From the NCBI GenBank assembly GCA_027296055.1, contig JAPUJT010000124.1:2992-66991 (forward strand): a stretch of 64,000 nt of DNA. Direction: 5' to 3'. Shown piece after piece: positions 52,868 through 63,136 of this stretch (the first letter of the stretch is position 1; each line of letters begins with the position of its first letter). Made by a program: the position numbers and the translations under genes. This stretch comes from Planctomycetota bacterium. Its GTDB lineage: Bacteria > Planctomycetota > JAPUJT01. The notes beneath the pieces are model-generated. The model was not told the DNA's origin. It searched no databases and saw only the letters and a list, made by a program, of their open reading frames with translations.

Positions 52868-54538
52868 ATGTCGAGCGCGGATCGTAGTGTCAAGCGAGTG
52901 ATCGGAATGGCAGCGGCGCTGGTCCTCTTCGCGTGCAACAGCGGGTCGAGCAGCAAGACCACCGGGACTCTGGCCCCGCCCGGAGGAGTCAGCGCGACGG
53001 CAAGTCCCACCGACATCACGGTGGACTGGACGCAGGTGGCTGGCGCCACGTCCTATAACGTCTACTGGGGGACGGCTCCGGGAGTGACGAAGAGCACCGG
53101 AACCCAGGTCCCGGTCGTCTCTCCTCCGTTCGTTCACACGGGGCTCATCGACGGGACGACGTACTATTACGTCGTGACATCGGTCACAGGGGCGACGGAA
53201 GGCGTCGAGTCTGTCGAGGTGAACGCCTACTTCGGGCCCAACACCGGCGTACTGGATCCCAGTTTCGGCGGCGGTAACGGCTGGGTGAATCATGATAGCG
53301 CGGCAGGCGGCAACTGGGTGGACGAGGCCTACGGCGTGAGCATCGACAGCGCCGGCCGCATCCTCGTCACCGGCTACAGCATGAACGCCGTCGGGCACAT
53401 CACGATGGTGGTCTGGCGACTCAACGATGACGGCAGCCTGGACACGACCTTCAACTCGCAGGGGTGGGTCACCTTCGATGGCGGGGGCGGCAATGCGGCG
53501 CTCGACGAGGGGTACTCGGTTTACGAGGACTCCAGCGGTCGGATTGTGGTTGCCGGGACATACGGCGTGGACGCTATCAATCAGGACATGGCGATCTGGC
53601 GGTACATGGCGGATGGGACGCCCGATGCCTCCTTCGGAACGGCCGGGCTCGTCTCCCATGATGGCGCTGCCGGGGCCCCGGGGGGAGAGGAATTTGCCTG
53701 GGCGATGATCATCGACAGCTCGGATCGCATCGTCTGCGCCGGGTCGAGTGCCCGGGCACGTGGCGATTACGACATGGTCATCTGGCGCTACGATCCGACC
53801 GGCGTCCTGGATTCCACGTTTGCGAGCGGGGGCATCTTCGTCCACGACGGCGCCGCCGGGGGAATCGACTCGGACGAGGCCTTGAACGTGACCGAAGATC
53901 CTTCCGGACGACTGGTCGCTACCGGCTACAGCACCACCGCCCTGGGCGATATCGACATGGTCATCTGGCGCCTGGACTCATCGGGAACGCTCGATACGAC
54001 CTTTGGTGCGGGCACGGGGATCGTCACGCATGACAGCGCGGCGGGCGGGAACGGCGAGGACTACGGGGAGGGAATCGGTGTGGACGCTTCCGGCCGGATC
54101 ATCGTGAGCGGGATCAGCATGAACCTCGACCCGGCCCCGAACTTCGACACGGCACTCTGGGTGTTCGATGACGCGGGCTCGCTGGATACGACGTTCGGCA
54201 CCGGCGGCGTGATCGTGGAGGACAATACGGCCGGTGGAAACTATTGGGACGACGGGCTCGCCATCGCCCTTCACGCATCGGGCAGGATCTTCATGGCCGG
54301 CTTCAGCACCGGGCCTCGATCCGACCGGGACATGGTCGTCTGGGGATACTTCCCGTCGGGCGCACGAGATCTCGGGTTCGCCGGGAGTGGGATCTTCATC
54401 GATGACAATGCCGCCGGAGGGATGGGGGACGATACGGGCCACGCTGCGATCCTGGACTCCCAGAACCGACTCGTCGTGGCCGGGAGCAGCGTATCGCCAT
54501 CCTCGTCCCGCGACATGGTGGTCTGGCGTATCCGATAG
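52868..54538 (+). CDS. Lipoprotein with an FN3-like domain and ~7 delta-60-type repeats
   Basis: Signal peptide and lipobox LVLFAC-NSGSSS. FN3-like segment ITVDWTQVAGATSYNVYWGT...GTTYYYVVTSV. Then ~60-aa repeats LD..FG..G.V.HD.AAGG...D.......D..GRI(V/L)..G......D..DM(V/A)(V/I)WR......G.LD, the delta-60 repeat pattern. Confidence 0.8.
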   Translation: MSSADRSVKRVIGMAAALVLFACNSGSSSKTTGTLAPPGGVSATASPTDITVDWTQVAGATSYNVYWGTAPGVTKSTGTQVPVVSPPFVHTGLIDGTTYYYVVTSVTGATEGVESVEVNAYFGPNTGVLDPSFGGGNGWVNHDSAAGGNWVDEAYGVSIDSAGRILVTGYSMNAVGHITMVVWRLNDDGSLDTTFNSQGWVTFDGGGGNAALDEGYSVYEDSSGRIVVAGTYGVDAINQDMAIWRYMADGTPDASFGTAGLVSHDGAAGAPGGEEFAWAMIIDSSDRIVCAGSSARARGDYDMVIWRYDPTGVLDSTFASGGIFVHDGAAGGIDSDEALNVTEDPSGRLVATGYSTTALGDIDMVIWRLDSSGTLDTTFGAGTGIVTHDSAAGGNGEDYGEGIGVDASGRIIVSGISMNLDPAPNFDTALWVFDDAGSLDTTFGTGGVIVEDNTAGGNYWDDGLAIALHASGRIFMAGFSTGPRSDRDMVVWGYFPSGARDLGFAGSGIFIDDNAAGGMGDDTGHAAILDSQNRLVVAGSSVSPSSSRDMVVWRIR

Positions 54539-54583
54539 ACACGCCGCCGGGTGCAGCCGGAGCGTGTTCCTCTCCATCGGGGA

Positions 54584-55996
54584 CTATCGGAGGAGTCCGA
54601 GCGTCTTCTCCCATTCATCACAGGTGTGTAGCGCGCGTTCTGCCGCGTCTCCCGTGTAGGAGGTGGGGTCGTCGATGACCTTCGCCTGGTGCGGAGGGAT
54701 GCCCTCGAGGATCTTCGCCGCCTCTTCGTCCTTGCCGGCCGCCTGGAGGAGCGTGCTCTCACTCTCTCTCGCATCCTTCAGGAGAGATCTCACCTTGCCG
54801 TACCCATCCGGATGTCCACTGAGGGCCAGGATCACGTAGAGAGGCTCCGCGACGATCTGGTCCCGGCAGGCAGCCAGGTGGCGGCCGAGGGCCTCCTCGT
54901 CGGGCTGGATCTTCTTCATGGCCCCGCCGAGTCTCCGAGCGGCGTAATCGACCGCGGCGAGGATCTCTCCGAGGAATCTCGATGAGGCGGAATTGGTCAG
55001 ATCTCGCTGGTGTTCCGAGATCTGATCCATCAGGACCGTCACGATACGGGGGGCGAACGCCTTCCAGAGGCTCTTGACGTTCTCGAAGGCTACGGGATTG
55101 ACCTTGTGAGGCATCGTCGAGGAGCCGACCCGGGTCGCCCCGTCCACGATCTTCACCTCGCCGATCTCGGATCGAATCAGGTGCCTCATGTCGTCGGCCA
55201 GATTGGCCATTGCCGACATCGCGAGGATTCCCTGGAAGACGAAGTCCGCCATCGCCTCCGGCTCGATCACCTGAGTCGAGACCTGCGTATCGCTCGCCTT
55301 CAGCCCGAGTCGCTCCAGGTGCTTCCGCTCGAAAATGGCCGGATTCATCGGGTCGTGGAGGGCGAGGGCGTTGTGCGCTCCGACGGCGCCGGAGAGCTTC
55401 CCCCGTAGATCTTCACGGGCCCTTTCGAGGGCGACGGTCCTTCCTCCTATCCGGCTCACGTAGAGCGAGAGGGCGTATCCGAAGGTGATCGGCTCCGCGT
55501 ACTGTCCATGGGTGCGGCCAATCTGGCGGACCGAGGCGTACTCCCGCGCCTTGCCGGAGATCACACTGACCAGATCGATGAGATCCGGAATCAGGATCTC
55601 GCTGGCAAAGTCCCGGAAGGCGAGGGTTCGAGAGGTGTCCAGGATGTCATTCGACGTGGCGAAGAGGTGGACGAATCCACGCTCATTCTCCGGCATGCGC
55701 TTCCTCATTGAATTGACCAGGGCCCGCACGTTATGGCCGATCCGTCTCTCCTCCTCGAAGACCTCCTTCGCCGTGATGTCCTCGGCGGCTTTCCTCGCCG
55801 ACTCGGGGACGGAGGCGGAACAGATCCCGAACTCCGCCATCGTTTCCAGCAGGGCCACCTCGACCTTGAGCTGATAACGGATGGACGCCGCCTCCGAGAG
55901 GTAAGGGCTCATCCGCTTCCGCATCGTTTCATCGGGACCGATGTAGCGGCCATCGAGGGGAGAGATGTTCTCGAACGGTTCCATGGGCGGTTCCAT
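54584..55996 (-). CDS. purB: Adenylosuccinate lyase
   Basis: ISPLDGRY N-terminal motif. Fumarate-lyase signature GSSTMPHKVNP. ~470 aa. The start is uncertain: TTG at 56032 in the track, ATG at 55996 or 55984. Confidence 0.88.
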   Translation of the reverse strand: MEPPMEPFENISPLDGRYIGPDETMRKRMSPYLSEAASIRYQLKVEVALLETMAEFGICSASVPESARKAAEDITAKEVFEEERRIGHNVRALVNSMRKRMPENERGFVHLFATSNDILDTSRTLAFRDFASEILIPDLIDLVSVISGKAREYASVRQIGRTHGQYAEPITFGYALSLYVSRIGGRTVALERAREDLRGKLSGAVGAHNALALHDPMNPAIFERKHLERLGLKASDTQVSTQVIEPEAMADFVFQGILAMSAMANLADDMRHLIRSEIGEVKIVDGATRVGSSTMPHKVNPVAFENVKSLWKAFAPRIVTVLMDQISEHQRDLTNSASSRFLGEILAAVDYAARRLGGAMKKIQPDEEALGRHLAACRDQIVAEPLYVILALSGHPDGYGKVRSLLKDARESESTLLQAAGKDEEAAKILEGIPPHQAKVIDDPTSYTGDAAERALHTCDEWEKTLGLLR

Positions 55997-56096
55997 GTGT
56001 GAGCGTGCCGGGGAATGATCGCGTCGAGTCAAGAGACTGAAGGACAGGAGGCGCAGTCTAGCAGAATCTTCGCCCCCATGCCATCACTACGCCATC

Positions 56097-57239
56097 TCAA
56101 CCGGCCCAGTAGAAGTTGATGTGACGGATCGTCAGGTAGACCTGCAGCCCGAGAGCGGTCCCGATGAGCAGTGCGCGCAGGAGCCACCACTTCCTGCTGG
56201 CTACGACGCTTCCCAGCACCAGGAAGACGGGGAAGGCCATCATGAAATATCGGGTGTAGGCCATGAGGGATGTGAGGGCGGGGGCGAGCCCGATCGGGAG
56301 GGCGTAGAAGAAGAGTCGCCGATCCAGTCTCCAGAGGGGATAGAGCGATGCGACGAAGATGAGGAAGAACGCCCTGTCGAGCGACGAGTCCAGGAATCCG
56401 TGAAACGATCCGAAGTCGACCAGGGATCGGAGGAACGGGAAGAGACCGAACAGATAGCCGACGGAGCGCTGGGAGACGAACATCTTCCCCTGGACATCGA
56501 AGCCGGCGAGCGGGTCGCCCAGGCGGGCGTTCATGATCAGAAAATAGATCCCGATGCCGAGACAGGGGGCCAGCAGTCCGAGGGAGCGTACCCACGGGAT
56601 TCGGCCCTCGCTCCTCCACCAACGGATCGTCTCGTAGAAAAGGGGGACGACGGCGAAGATCCCCACACCACGCACGAGCGGCAGCAGAAAGGAAGCGGCC
56701 ACGGCCCACCACCAGCGACCCCGCACGAGAGCCAGCATCATCGCCACGGCGAGGAAGAAGAAGAGGGACTCGGAATAGATGAAGGAAAAGAAGAGGGCGC
56801 CGGGAGCCGCGATGGCGAACATCAGAGCGCCGTCCGCAGCCCGCCCGCTGCCGAGGCGCTCCCTGGCGAGGCGATAGAAGAGGATCATCCCGGCGATCGA
56901 GAAGGCGTTTGCCAGGAAGAGACCGCTCCAGAGGTGGCTGCCCGCGAAGAGGGGCGCCGCGATCCGGATAGCTGCCGGCCAGAGCGGAAACATTCCGTTG
57001 GAGGATTGGCTCGGATTGTAGCCCACCTCGCTCAGGAAGAGGTAGTGCTGGCCGTCCCAGGCGCTGAGGTGTGTCCAGACCGTCGGCGGGGCGCCTCGCG
57101 GCCAGTGGAAGCTCGCCTGGTAGATCTCCAGCGCGAAGAGGTTGGGGAGGATCGCCAGGCTGGCGAAAACGATGAGGAAGAAGATCGCCTTCCAGGCGAG
57201 GAGGAAGAGGATCAGATCTTTCGGACCCCTCGCTCGCAT
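56097..57239 (-). CDS. Polytopic membrane protein, PIG-V-like mannosyltransferase family
   Basis: The ATG at 57239 (MRARGPKDLILFLLAWKAIFFL...) avoids an overlap with the upstream gene. About 9-10 TM helices. W..WDGQHYL.L...GY......FPLWP block as in GPI-mannosyltransferase-2-like bacterial proteins. Confidence 0.6.
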   Translation of the reverse strand: MRARGPKDLILFLLAWKAIFFLIVFASLAILPNLFALEIYQASFHWPRGAPPTVWTHLSAWDGQHYLFLSEVGYNPSQSSNGMFPLWPAAIRIAAPLFAGSHLWSGLFLANAFSIAGMILFYRLARERLGSGRAADGALMFAIAAPGALFFSFIYSESLFFFLAVAMMLALVRGRWWWAVAASFLLPLVRGVGIFAVVPLFYETIRWWRSEGRIPWVRSLGLLAPCLGIGIYFLIMNARLGDPLAGFDVQGKMFVSQRSVGYLFGLFPFLRSLVDFGSFHGFLDSSLDRAFFLIFVASLYPLWRLDRRLFFYALPIGLAPALTSLMAYTRYFMMAFPVFLVLGSVVASRKWWLLRALLIGTALGLQVYLTIRHINFYWAG

Positions 57240-57280
57240 CTCCGGCGTCGCTGCGAGGCCCGGATCGGCTCGCCCCTCCG

Positions 57281-58993
57281 TCACCGTGTCAGGGACCTCC
57301 CCTGGGGCATCGCTCGAGAGGCGGTCGTCGAAAGGGACGGTTTGGGCGAGGCCATCTCCCGGATCGACGAGCCGAGGGCGAAGGCCCGCGCGAGGACGAC
57401 GGAGAGGGAAAAGACGGGGTGGGGCTTCAGGCCGTACGTCCTCGGTGCGCGGTGCGGGTCCACCCGGCGGGACAGCCGGCCCTCCCGTATCTGCTCTTCG
57501 GCGCGCCGGAGACCGGGAACGACCGATTCTCTCGTGTAGGTGATGTAATGATGCCCGGCGGCGGCCAGGGCCAGAGCCCGGCCCATCTGGCGGGGACAGT
57601 GGAAGAGGACCCACCTCAGGAACCGCCAGTACTCCCTCCGGTACGGGGATCGGAGTCCCTGGGCCACCATCGCCCGCAACACCGCCCGGACGTCCTGGGC
57701 CTCCTTGGGCCGCGTGACCTCCGAGGGCGTTCGGTACCAGCGTAGGTATTCACGACAGCGGTCGAAGAACACACTCGGGTCGTAAAGGGTTTCCAGCACT
57801 CGGCGGTACCCCGAAACCATCTGGTCGACCGGGAGCTTCGTCACCACGTTGGTGAGGCCGAATTGATCGCCGCTAACTCCCTCGCGAAGACGTCCCTCCT
57901 TCTCGAGCCGGTGGTAAAGGGGAGTGTGGGGGAGGGCGCTCAACATACCCACCATCGCGTACGGAATCGCAGCCCGGTTCACGAACTCGATCATCTGATC
58001 GAAGATGTCGGGGCCGTCGCTATCGAAGCCGAGGATGAATCCCGCCCAGACGTCCATCCCCTTCTCGAGGAGGCCATGCACCTGTTCCGCCATGTCCCTC
58101 TTGAGGTTCTGGAGCTTCTTCGTCTCGCGCAGCGCCTCGGCGGACGGGGTCTCGATCCCGATGAAGATGGCAGTGAAGCCCGACTGGATCATCAGATCCA
58201 CGAGGCTGGGGTCGTCCGCCACGTTCATCGACGCCTCGGTGTAGAACTCGAGCTTGGCCTTGGTCCGGCGCCTCCAGTCTCCGATCTCCGGGAGGACCTG
58301 GCGCACCGCCTTCTTGTTCCCGATGAAGTTGTCGTCGACGAAGAAGACGTTCCCGACGAATCCCGACGTCTGGATCGCGTCCAGCTCTCGAATCACCTGA
58401 GCGGCCGTCTTCGTCCGCGGCTTCCTCCCGTACATCACGATGATGTCGCAGAACTCGCAGGTAAACGGGCAACCCCGCGAGAACTGCAGCGCCATGTTGT
58501 GGTAGAAATGTGTCTTCAGGAGGTCGAACCGGGGCAGGGGGGCCTGCGACAGGTCAGGCTTTCTCACTTCCTTGTAGATGTGGCGGGCGTATCCGCCCTC
58601 GAGGTCGGCCGCCAGGTCGGGGATGATCTCCTCGGCCTCTCCCACGACGACATGATCCGCTCCATCCAGCTCCTCCGGCAGCGCCGTGGCGTACGGGCCG
58701 CCAACCACCGTGCGCAGACCCAGGCGCCGACAGCGAGCGAGGATCTCGTGGAGCGCCTCCCTCTGGACGAGCATCCCGGTGACCATTGCCACGTCGGCCC
58801 ACCGCAGGTCTTCATCCGTGAGCGCCTCCGCCGTGGTGTCGACCAGCCGACACTCCCAGTGATCGGGAAGTAGAGCCGCCACCGTGATCAGTCCGAGCGG
58901 CGGGATCAGTGTCCGACGGCCGGTGAAGACGAGTGCCTCTTTCGCGCTCCAGTAAGAGTTCGGAAACTCTGGATTGATCAGCAAGGCGCGCAT
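57281..58993 (-). CDS. B12-binding-domain radical SAM protein (with DUF4070-like C-terminal region)
   Basis: ATG at 58993 (MRALLINPEFPNSYWS...). B12-binding N-terminal domain (PPLGLITVAALLP...VAMVTGM...VVGGPY). Radical SAM cluster motif FSRGCPFTCEFCDI. The track start at 59191 is probably too far upstream. Confidence 0.82.
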   Translation of the reverse strand: MRALLINPEFPNSYWSAKEALVFTGRRTLIPPLGLITVAALLPDHWECRLVDTTAEALTDEDLRWADVAMVTGMLVQREALHEILARCRRLGLRTVVGGPYATALPEELDGADHVVVGEAEEIIPDLAADLEGGYARHIYKEVRKPDLSQAPLPRFDLLKTHFYHNMALQFSRGCPFTCEFCDIIVMYGRKPRTKTAAQVIRELDAIQTSGFVGNVFFVDDNFIGNKKAVRQVLPEIGDWRRRTKAKLEFYTEASMNVADDPSLVDLMIQSGFTAIFIGIETPSAEALRETKKLQNLKRDMAEQVHGLLEKGMDVWAGFILGFDSDGPDIFDQMIEFVNRAAIPYAMVGMLSALPHTPLYHRLEKEGRLREGVSGDQFGLTNVVTKLPVDQMVSGYRRVLETLYDPSVFFDRCREYLRWYRTPSEVTRPKEAQDVRAVLRAMVAQGLRSPYRREYWRFLRWVLFHCPRQMGRALALAAAGHHYITYTRESVVPGLRRAEEQIREGRLSRRVDPHRAPRTYGLKPHPVFSLSVVLARAFALGSSIREMASPKPSLSTTASRAMPQGRSLTR

Positions 58994-59217
58994 GAAGCCC
59001 CGGGCGAGATCGGAACGGGTGGATCCGAACTGGGTCCGCGTTCCGGGAAGTTTTTCCTGACTGGTCGGGCAGTATATCATCGGGCCGGATCGGAGTCCAT
59101 CCGCGAGTCCCGATGGGGTCGCTTCCTCCGCTTGACAAGCGTCGCCCCCTGGCGGTAACGTGCCCTCGAATTCCAGTATCCGTGTCGTCATCCGGGAGTC
59201 TTTCCGAAGGAGAAACG

Positions 59218-59595
59218 ATGGAGCCGTTGCAGAGTATGGATGTGGTGTTTTACTTCGTCACCGACTGGGACCGGGCCAAGAAGTTCTACGGGGAGACTCT
59301 CGGTCTTCGAGAAGTCTACTCGACCGACGAGGGGGGATGGGCGGAGTACGACACGAACACTCCGGTCCGGCTGGCGATCCACCGCACGCAACCCGGCCAG
59401 GCCGTCACGAAGGGTGGCGCGACGGCGATCTTCACCGTGGCCAACGCGGACGAGGCCAAGGCGGACCTGGAGAAGCGCGGCGTGAATTTCGACGGCAAGA
59501 TTCGTGAGATCCCGGGGATCATGCGGCTCGGAACATTCCTGGACCCCGATGGGAACAAGATCCAGATCTATCAGAACCTGTCGAAGGGGTCCTGA
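59218..59595 (+). CDS. VOC (glyoxalase/bleomycin-resistance) family protein
   Basis: ATG at 59218 with AAGGAG upstream. 125 aa. FY.ETLGL...W.E.......L.IH..............F.V.....A...L...GV.F.......P......F.DPDGN.I.I pattern. Confidence 0.8.
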   Translation: MEPLQSMDVVFYFVTDWDRAKKFYGETLGLREVYSTDEGGWAEYDTNTPVRLAIHRTQPGQAVTKGGATAIFTVANADEAKADLEKRGVNFDGKIREIPGIMRLGTFLDPDGNKIQIYQNLSKGS

Positions 59596-59632
59596 CTCCA
59601 TCTACGGACGTAGCCCTGACTTGCCCTCCCCG

Positions 59633-60805
59633 ATGGATATGACCCGGGAGATTTCGGACGCCGGCTCGAGTGTTTCACAGGAGCGCTTGATCGACACCGT
59701 CCGGTACCTCGCCTCGGACGAGCTCGAGGGCCGCGCGAGCGGCACGGACGGATCCCGGAAAGCCCGCGCGTACATCGAGGAGGCGTTCCGGGAGGCGGGC
59801 CTCGTTCCGGCCGGGTCCGATGGCTACCTTCAGAAGATCGAGACGGGCGTTGGCACCAACATCATCGGGCGTCTCGATGGAGCCGACCCTCCCCTGGGTG
59901 AGGAGGTGGTGATCGTCAGTGCCCACTACGATCACCTCGGCCGGTCCGGCGACAGGATCTTCCCTGGCGCCGACGACAACGCCTCCGGCGTGGCGGTCAT
60001 GCTCGAAGTGGCGCGCGCCCAGCAGGCGCTTCGCTCCCCGCTCGGCCGCAGCATCCTCTTCATCGCCTTCGATTCCGAGGAGCCGCCGTACTTCATGACG
60101 GGGGCCATGGGATCAAAGTTCTTCGTGAACCATCCGACGGTACCGATCCATCGAATTGCGATGATGATCGGAACCGACCTCCTCGGGACGGACCCCTGGC
60201 CCGGCTGGGAAGGCCAGCTCTTCGTGATGGGCGAGGAGAAGTGCCCTGTCGCCACGTCCGTCCTGGACGCGGTGGCCGGCATCGAAGGCCTCGCCATCCG
60301 GCGCCTCGGGATCCACATGGTCGAGCAGTTTCCGATCTGGGGGAGACATCCCTTCAGCGACTACGCCCCGTTCCGGGACCGGGAGATCCCCTTCCTCTTC
60401 TTCACCTGTGGGCGGCCATCGTTCTACCACAGCCCCCGGGACACCGCCGACAAGCTGAACTACGAGAAGATGTCGCGGATCGCCAGGTTCATCTTCTCGA
60501 CGACGGTCCTCGCATCCCGGACGGCCGAGAGCTTCCGGTTCGAGAGGGACGGGGAGAACCTCTTGAGCGGAGCGGAGGTCATCGGAGAGGGGCTCGAGTT
60601 CGTCCTCGACAGCAGGAGCCCATCGAAGGTCTTCCCCGGCTACACGCGGTTGGCGTGGATGGCTCTGAAGTGGTGGAGGCCAAAGGTGCGAAAGATTCTT
60701 GCGAAGCTGCGCAGCGGCGAGTCGATCGGGCAACGGGAGATCCGGGTCCTGGAGCGAGCCTCCCTTGGTCTGCAGAGCCTCACCGTCAAGTTGTTGAGGC
60801 GGTGA
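59633..60805 (+). CDS. M28-family metallopeptidase
   Basis: ATG at 59633. R.SGT.GS.KA..YI...F...GL, NIIGRL.G, VIVSAHYDHLG and FPGADDNASGVAVMLE (Zn-ligand block of the M28 aminopeptidase family). Confidence 0.85.
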   Translation: MDMTREISDAGSSVSQERLIDTVRYLASDELEGRASGTDGSRKARAYIEEAFREAGLVPAGSDGYLQKIETGVGTNIIGRLDGADPPLGEEVVIVSAHYDHLGRSGDRIFPGADDNASGVAVMLEVARAQQALRSPLGRSILFIAFDSEEPPYFMTGAMGSKFFVNHPTVPIHRIAMMIGTDLLGTDPWPGWEGQLFVMGEEKCPVATSVLDAVAGIEGLAIRRLGIHMVEQFPIWGRHPFSDYAPFRDREIPFLFFTCGRPSFYHSPRDTADKLNYEKMSRIARFIFSTTVLASRTAESFRFERDGENLLSGAEVIGEGLEFVLDSRSPSKVFPGYTRLAWMALKWWRPKVRKILAKLRSGESIGQREIRVLERASLGLQSLTVKLLRR

Positions 60806-60893
60806 TCACGTAACCCATCTCCGGGCATGATCCAGACAGAGGCGTCGATCCACGGGTGCCGCGAAGCGGCGCACCGATGCAACGGATCACGGA

Positions 60894-61766
60894 CTATCGA
60901 TTCCTCCTCGCCTGTTCCACGAGGGCACGGAAGAGGTTCAGATGCATCTCGTCCGTGAGGGATTCTCGTTCGGGATGCCACATGATCCCGATGATCCATT
61001 CGGCGCCGACGATCTCGATCGCTTCGATCTCTTTCCTGTCCTCGTCCGCCCAGGCGACGGCGCGCACGCCGAGGCCTAGCCTGTCGATTGCATGCCCGTG
61101 TGTGCTCATCACGCCCTCGAATTCGGTCTGCTTCAGGATCCCCGCCAACCGCCCGTCCGCCTCGACGTACAGGCTATGTCCCTGGAGAGGTAGGAAGTGC
61201 CGTGCGCGGACCTCCGGCTCCTCTTGCAGGTCCTTCAGCGTTCCCCCGAAGGCCACGTTCAGGATCTCGCAGCCGCGACAGATTCCGAGCACGGGGATCT
61301 TTCGGGCCTTCGCCTGGCGGAGCAACTCGAGATCGAAATCGTCATAGTGGCGGTTGGCGTGATCCGACTTCGACGGATCGCCGCCGTAGAGCCGCGGGTC
61401 GACATCCCCGCCGCCGCCGAGAATCAGTCCGTCGATGCCGTCGAGCATCTTCGCTACCCGGCCTGGATCCACCGGCTCGCCCGCGGCCGTGAAGTCCAGT
61501 TCGACCAGCCGCCCGCCCGCCCGCAGGAGGGCGATGTCGAACGCGCCGTAGGTCAGGCCCGTCTGATTGAGCCAGAGACTGTCCAGCGAGATGCCAATGC
61601 GCGGCGCATCTTCCGGAAGAGATCGGTAGAGCCGGTTGCGATAGGAGCGGAAAGCGACGAAGAGCGCCAGCGCGAGCAGGATGAGGATGCCAGCTGCTAT
61701 GAGGACGCGTTTTGTCCAACGACGTGGACGGCTGAGGCCCGCACCCGGAACAGACGCCTCGCTCAT
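60894..61766 (-). CDS. Class I glutamine amidotransferase-like / gamma-glutamyl hydrolase (peptidase C26, PuuD-like) with N-terminal TM helix
   Basis: GGGGDVDPRLYG. Nucleophile elbow VLGICRGCEILN. IMWHPE His/Glu pair. N-terminal anchor VLIAAGILILLALALFVAF. ATGA start/stop overlap with the upstream ATP-grasp gene. Confidence 0.8.
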   Translation of the reverse strand: MSEASVPGAGLSRPRRWTKRVLIAAGILILLALALFVAFRSYRNRLYRSLPEDAPRIGISLDSLWLNQTGLTYGAFDIALLRAGGRLVELDFTAAGEPVDPGRVAKMLDGIDGLILGGGGDVDPRLYGGDPSKSDHANRHYDDFDLELLRQAKARKIPVLGICRGCEILNVAFGGTLKDLQEEPEVRARHFLPLQGHSLYVEADGRLAGILKQTEFEGVMSTHGHAIDRLGLGVRAVAWADEDRKEIEAIEIVGAEWIIGIMWHPERESLTDEMHLNLFRALVEQARRNR

Positions 61767-63136
61767 TGCGCTTCGTCGGCCTCCGGGCCGCCTTCAGAGG
61801 TGAGCAGCTCCATGTTCACCTTGCCGTGGCGAAAGAAGACAGCGAGCGGATAGAGCATGCCCATCACCGGCAAAGGGTCGTGGGCGGAGAGGACGTCGTA
61901 GGCGTTGTGCTTATGGACCTCGAGCAGTCGCTTCGCCTCCTCGTAGCGGTGTTTGACGTCAATGTAGTCCTTCAAGCCGGAGAAGACCTTGCGAAGACCC
62001 GCGCGCTTGGAGCCTTCCTTCAATTCCGATCTGGCCTCACGCCAGGCCCCTTTCAGCTGATCCATGCGGGTGTCGCTGTCCGAGATCTCCCGGAGTGTGG
62101 CGATCAGGGCGAGGATCGGGGTCTCGGTTCGCACATCCGCCCGCGTCTCATCGGGGGCATCCACCTTCCCGTCCACCGCCAGGCGGAACAGCAGCCACGG
62201 ATAGTCCCAGCCGGACCGGATCGCCTGGATCAGCCCGCCCCAGAACCGCGGATTGATCTCGATCAACTTCGGCTCGCTCTCGCCGTCCCAGCGGAAATCC
62301 AGCTCCGCCACGCCGTGCCAGCCGATGCTCCCGAGCAGGTCTCGGGCGATCTTCTCCATCGCCTCGGCCTCGACCGTTTCGCGAAGCACCCCCGCACCCT
62401 TCTCGGCCGGATACGTGCGCAGGTTGTGGTACGTCATCACTGCTCGCAGCTCGCCGTGGTCGAAGAGAGTCGTCGTGCAGTAGTCCTCGCCCGGCACGCC
62501 CTCCTGCACCAGAGGATAGGCGCCGGGCTTGAGGTTGTAGCGCTGGATGAACGACTTGAACGTCTTGACGATCTCCTTGGCCGAGTCCACCTTCTGGATG
62601 CCGACGCCGGCCGCAGAGGTGCGCAGCTTGACGAATGCAGGCAGAGGGATCTCGCTCACCTTTGCCTCGAGCGCGCCCACATCGGCCGGCAGCCAGGTGC
62701 GCGGGATCGGGACACCCTTCCCCATCGCGTAGGCGGCGAGAGTTCCCTTGTCGTGGACCTGCTCGATCTGCTCGATGTCGGGAACCGGCACGCAGATGTG
62801 CCGCTCGAATCGCTCGCGGTGCCGGGCGATCAGATAGGTCTCCTTGTGAATCGGCATCAGCACGTAAGGCGCGTCCGGGTCCTCGGGTTTGTGCTCGATG
62901 ATTACCTCTTCCAGGCGGTCCAGGAAGGCGTCGGGCTCGGCGCCAGGGCTGGGGTACCTGAAATTGACCGTGCTGTAGCGTGAGAACGAAGCGGGTGTCA
63001 GACGGTATTCATCGCCGGTGATGACCCCGACGCCGCGTTTTCCCAGGCTGCGCGTGGCCGCGAGGGACTGCCACCCGCGGGAGTACGTGATGATCGCCTT
63101 GCCGCCCTCCGGCTCTTTCTTCGACGATTTGCTCAC
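61763..63136 (-). CDS. ATP-grasp superfamily ligase (COG3919-like)
   Basis: 457 aa. N-terminal Rossmann-like (I)ITYSRGWQSLAATRSLGKRGV. Central ATP-grasp blocks (P.AFVKLRTSAAGVGI, LVQEGVPGEDY, HGVAELDFR.....PKLIEINPRFWG). GTG start overlapping the upstream stop (GTGA). Confidence 0.72.
   Translation of the reverse strand: MSKSSKKEPEGGKAIITYSRGWQSLAATRSLGKRGVGVITGDEYRLTPASFSRYSTVNFRYPSPGAEPDAFLDRLEEVIIEHKPEDPDAPYVLMPIHKETYLIARHRERFERHICVPVPDIEQIEQVHDKGTLAAYAMGKGVPIPRTWLPADVGALEAKVSEIPLPAFVKLRTSAAGVGIQKVDSAKEIVKTFKSFIQRYNLKPGAYPLVQEGVPGEDYCTTTLFDHGELRAVMTYHNLRTYPAEKGAGVLRETVEAEAMEKIARDLLGSIGWHGVAELDFRWDGESEPKLIEINPRFWGGLIQAIRSGWDYPWLLFRLAVDGKVDAPDETRADVRTETPILALIATLREISDSDTRMDQLKGAWREARSELKEGSKRAGLRKVFSGLKDYIDVKHRYEEAKRLLEVHKHNAYDVLSAHDPLPVMGMLYPLAVFFRHGKVNMELLTSEGGPEADEAQ

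Noticed and set aside
52679-53845. A 388-aa ORF antisense to the delta-60 repeat lipoprotein gene.
   Set aside because: Arg/Pro/Asp-rich composition with no motifs. The plus-strand frame has a lipoprotein signal, an FN3 domain and regular delta-60 repeats.
57240-57614. A 125-aa N-terminal extension of the PIG-V-like membrane protein ORF that overlaps the 3' end of the radical SAM gene.
   Set aside because: The extension is Pro/Arg/Gly-rich. The ATG at 57239 starts directly at the first TM helix and removes the overlap.
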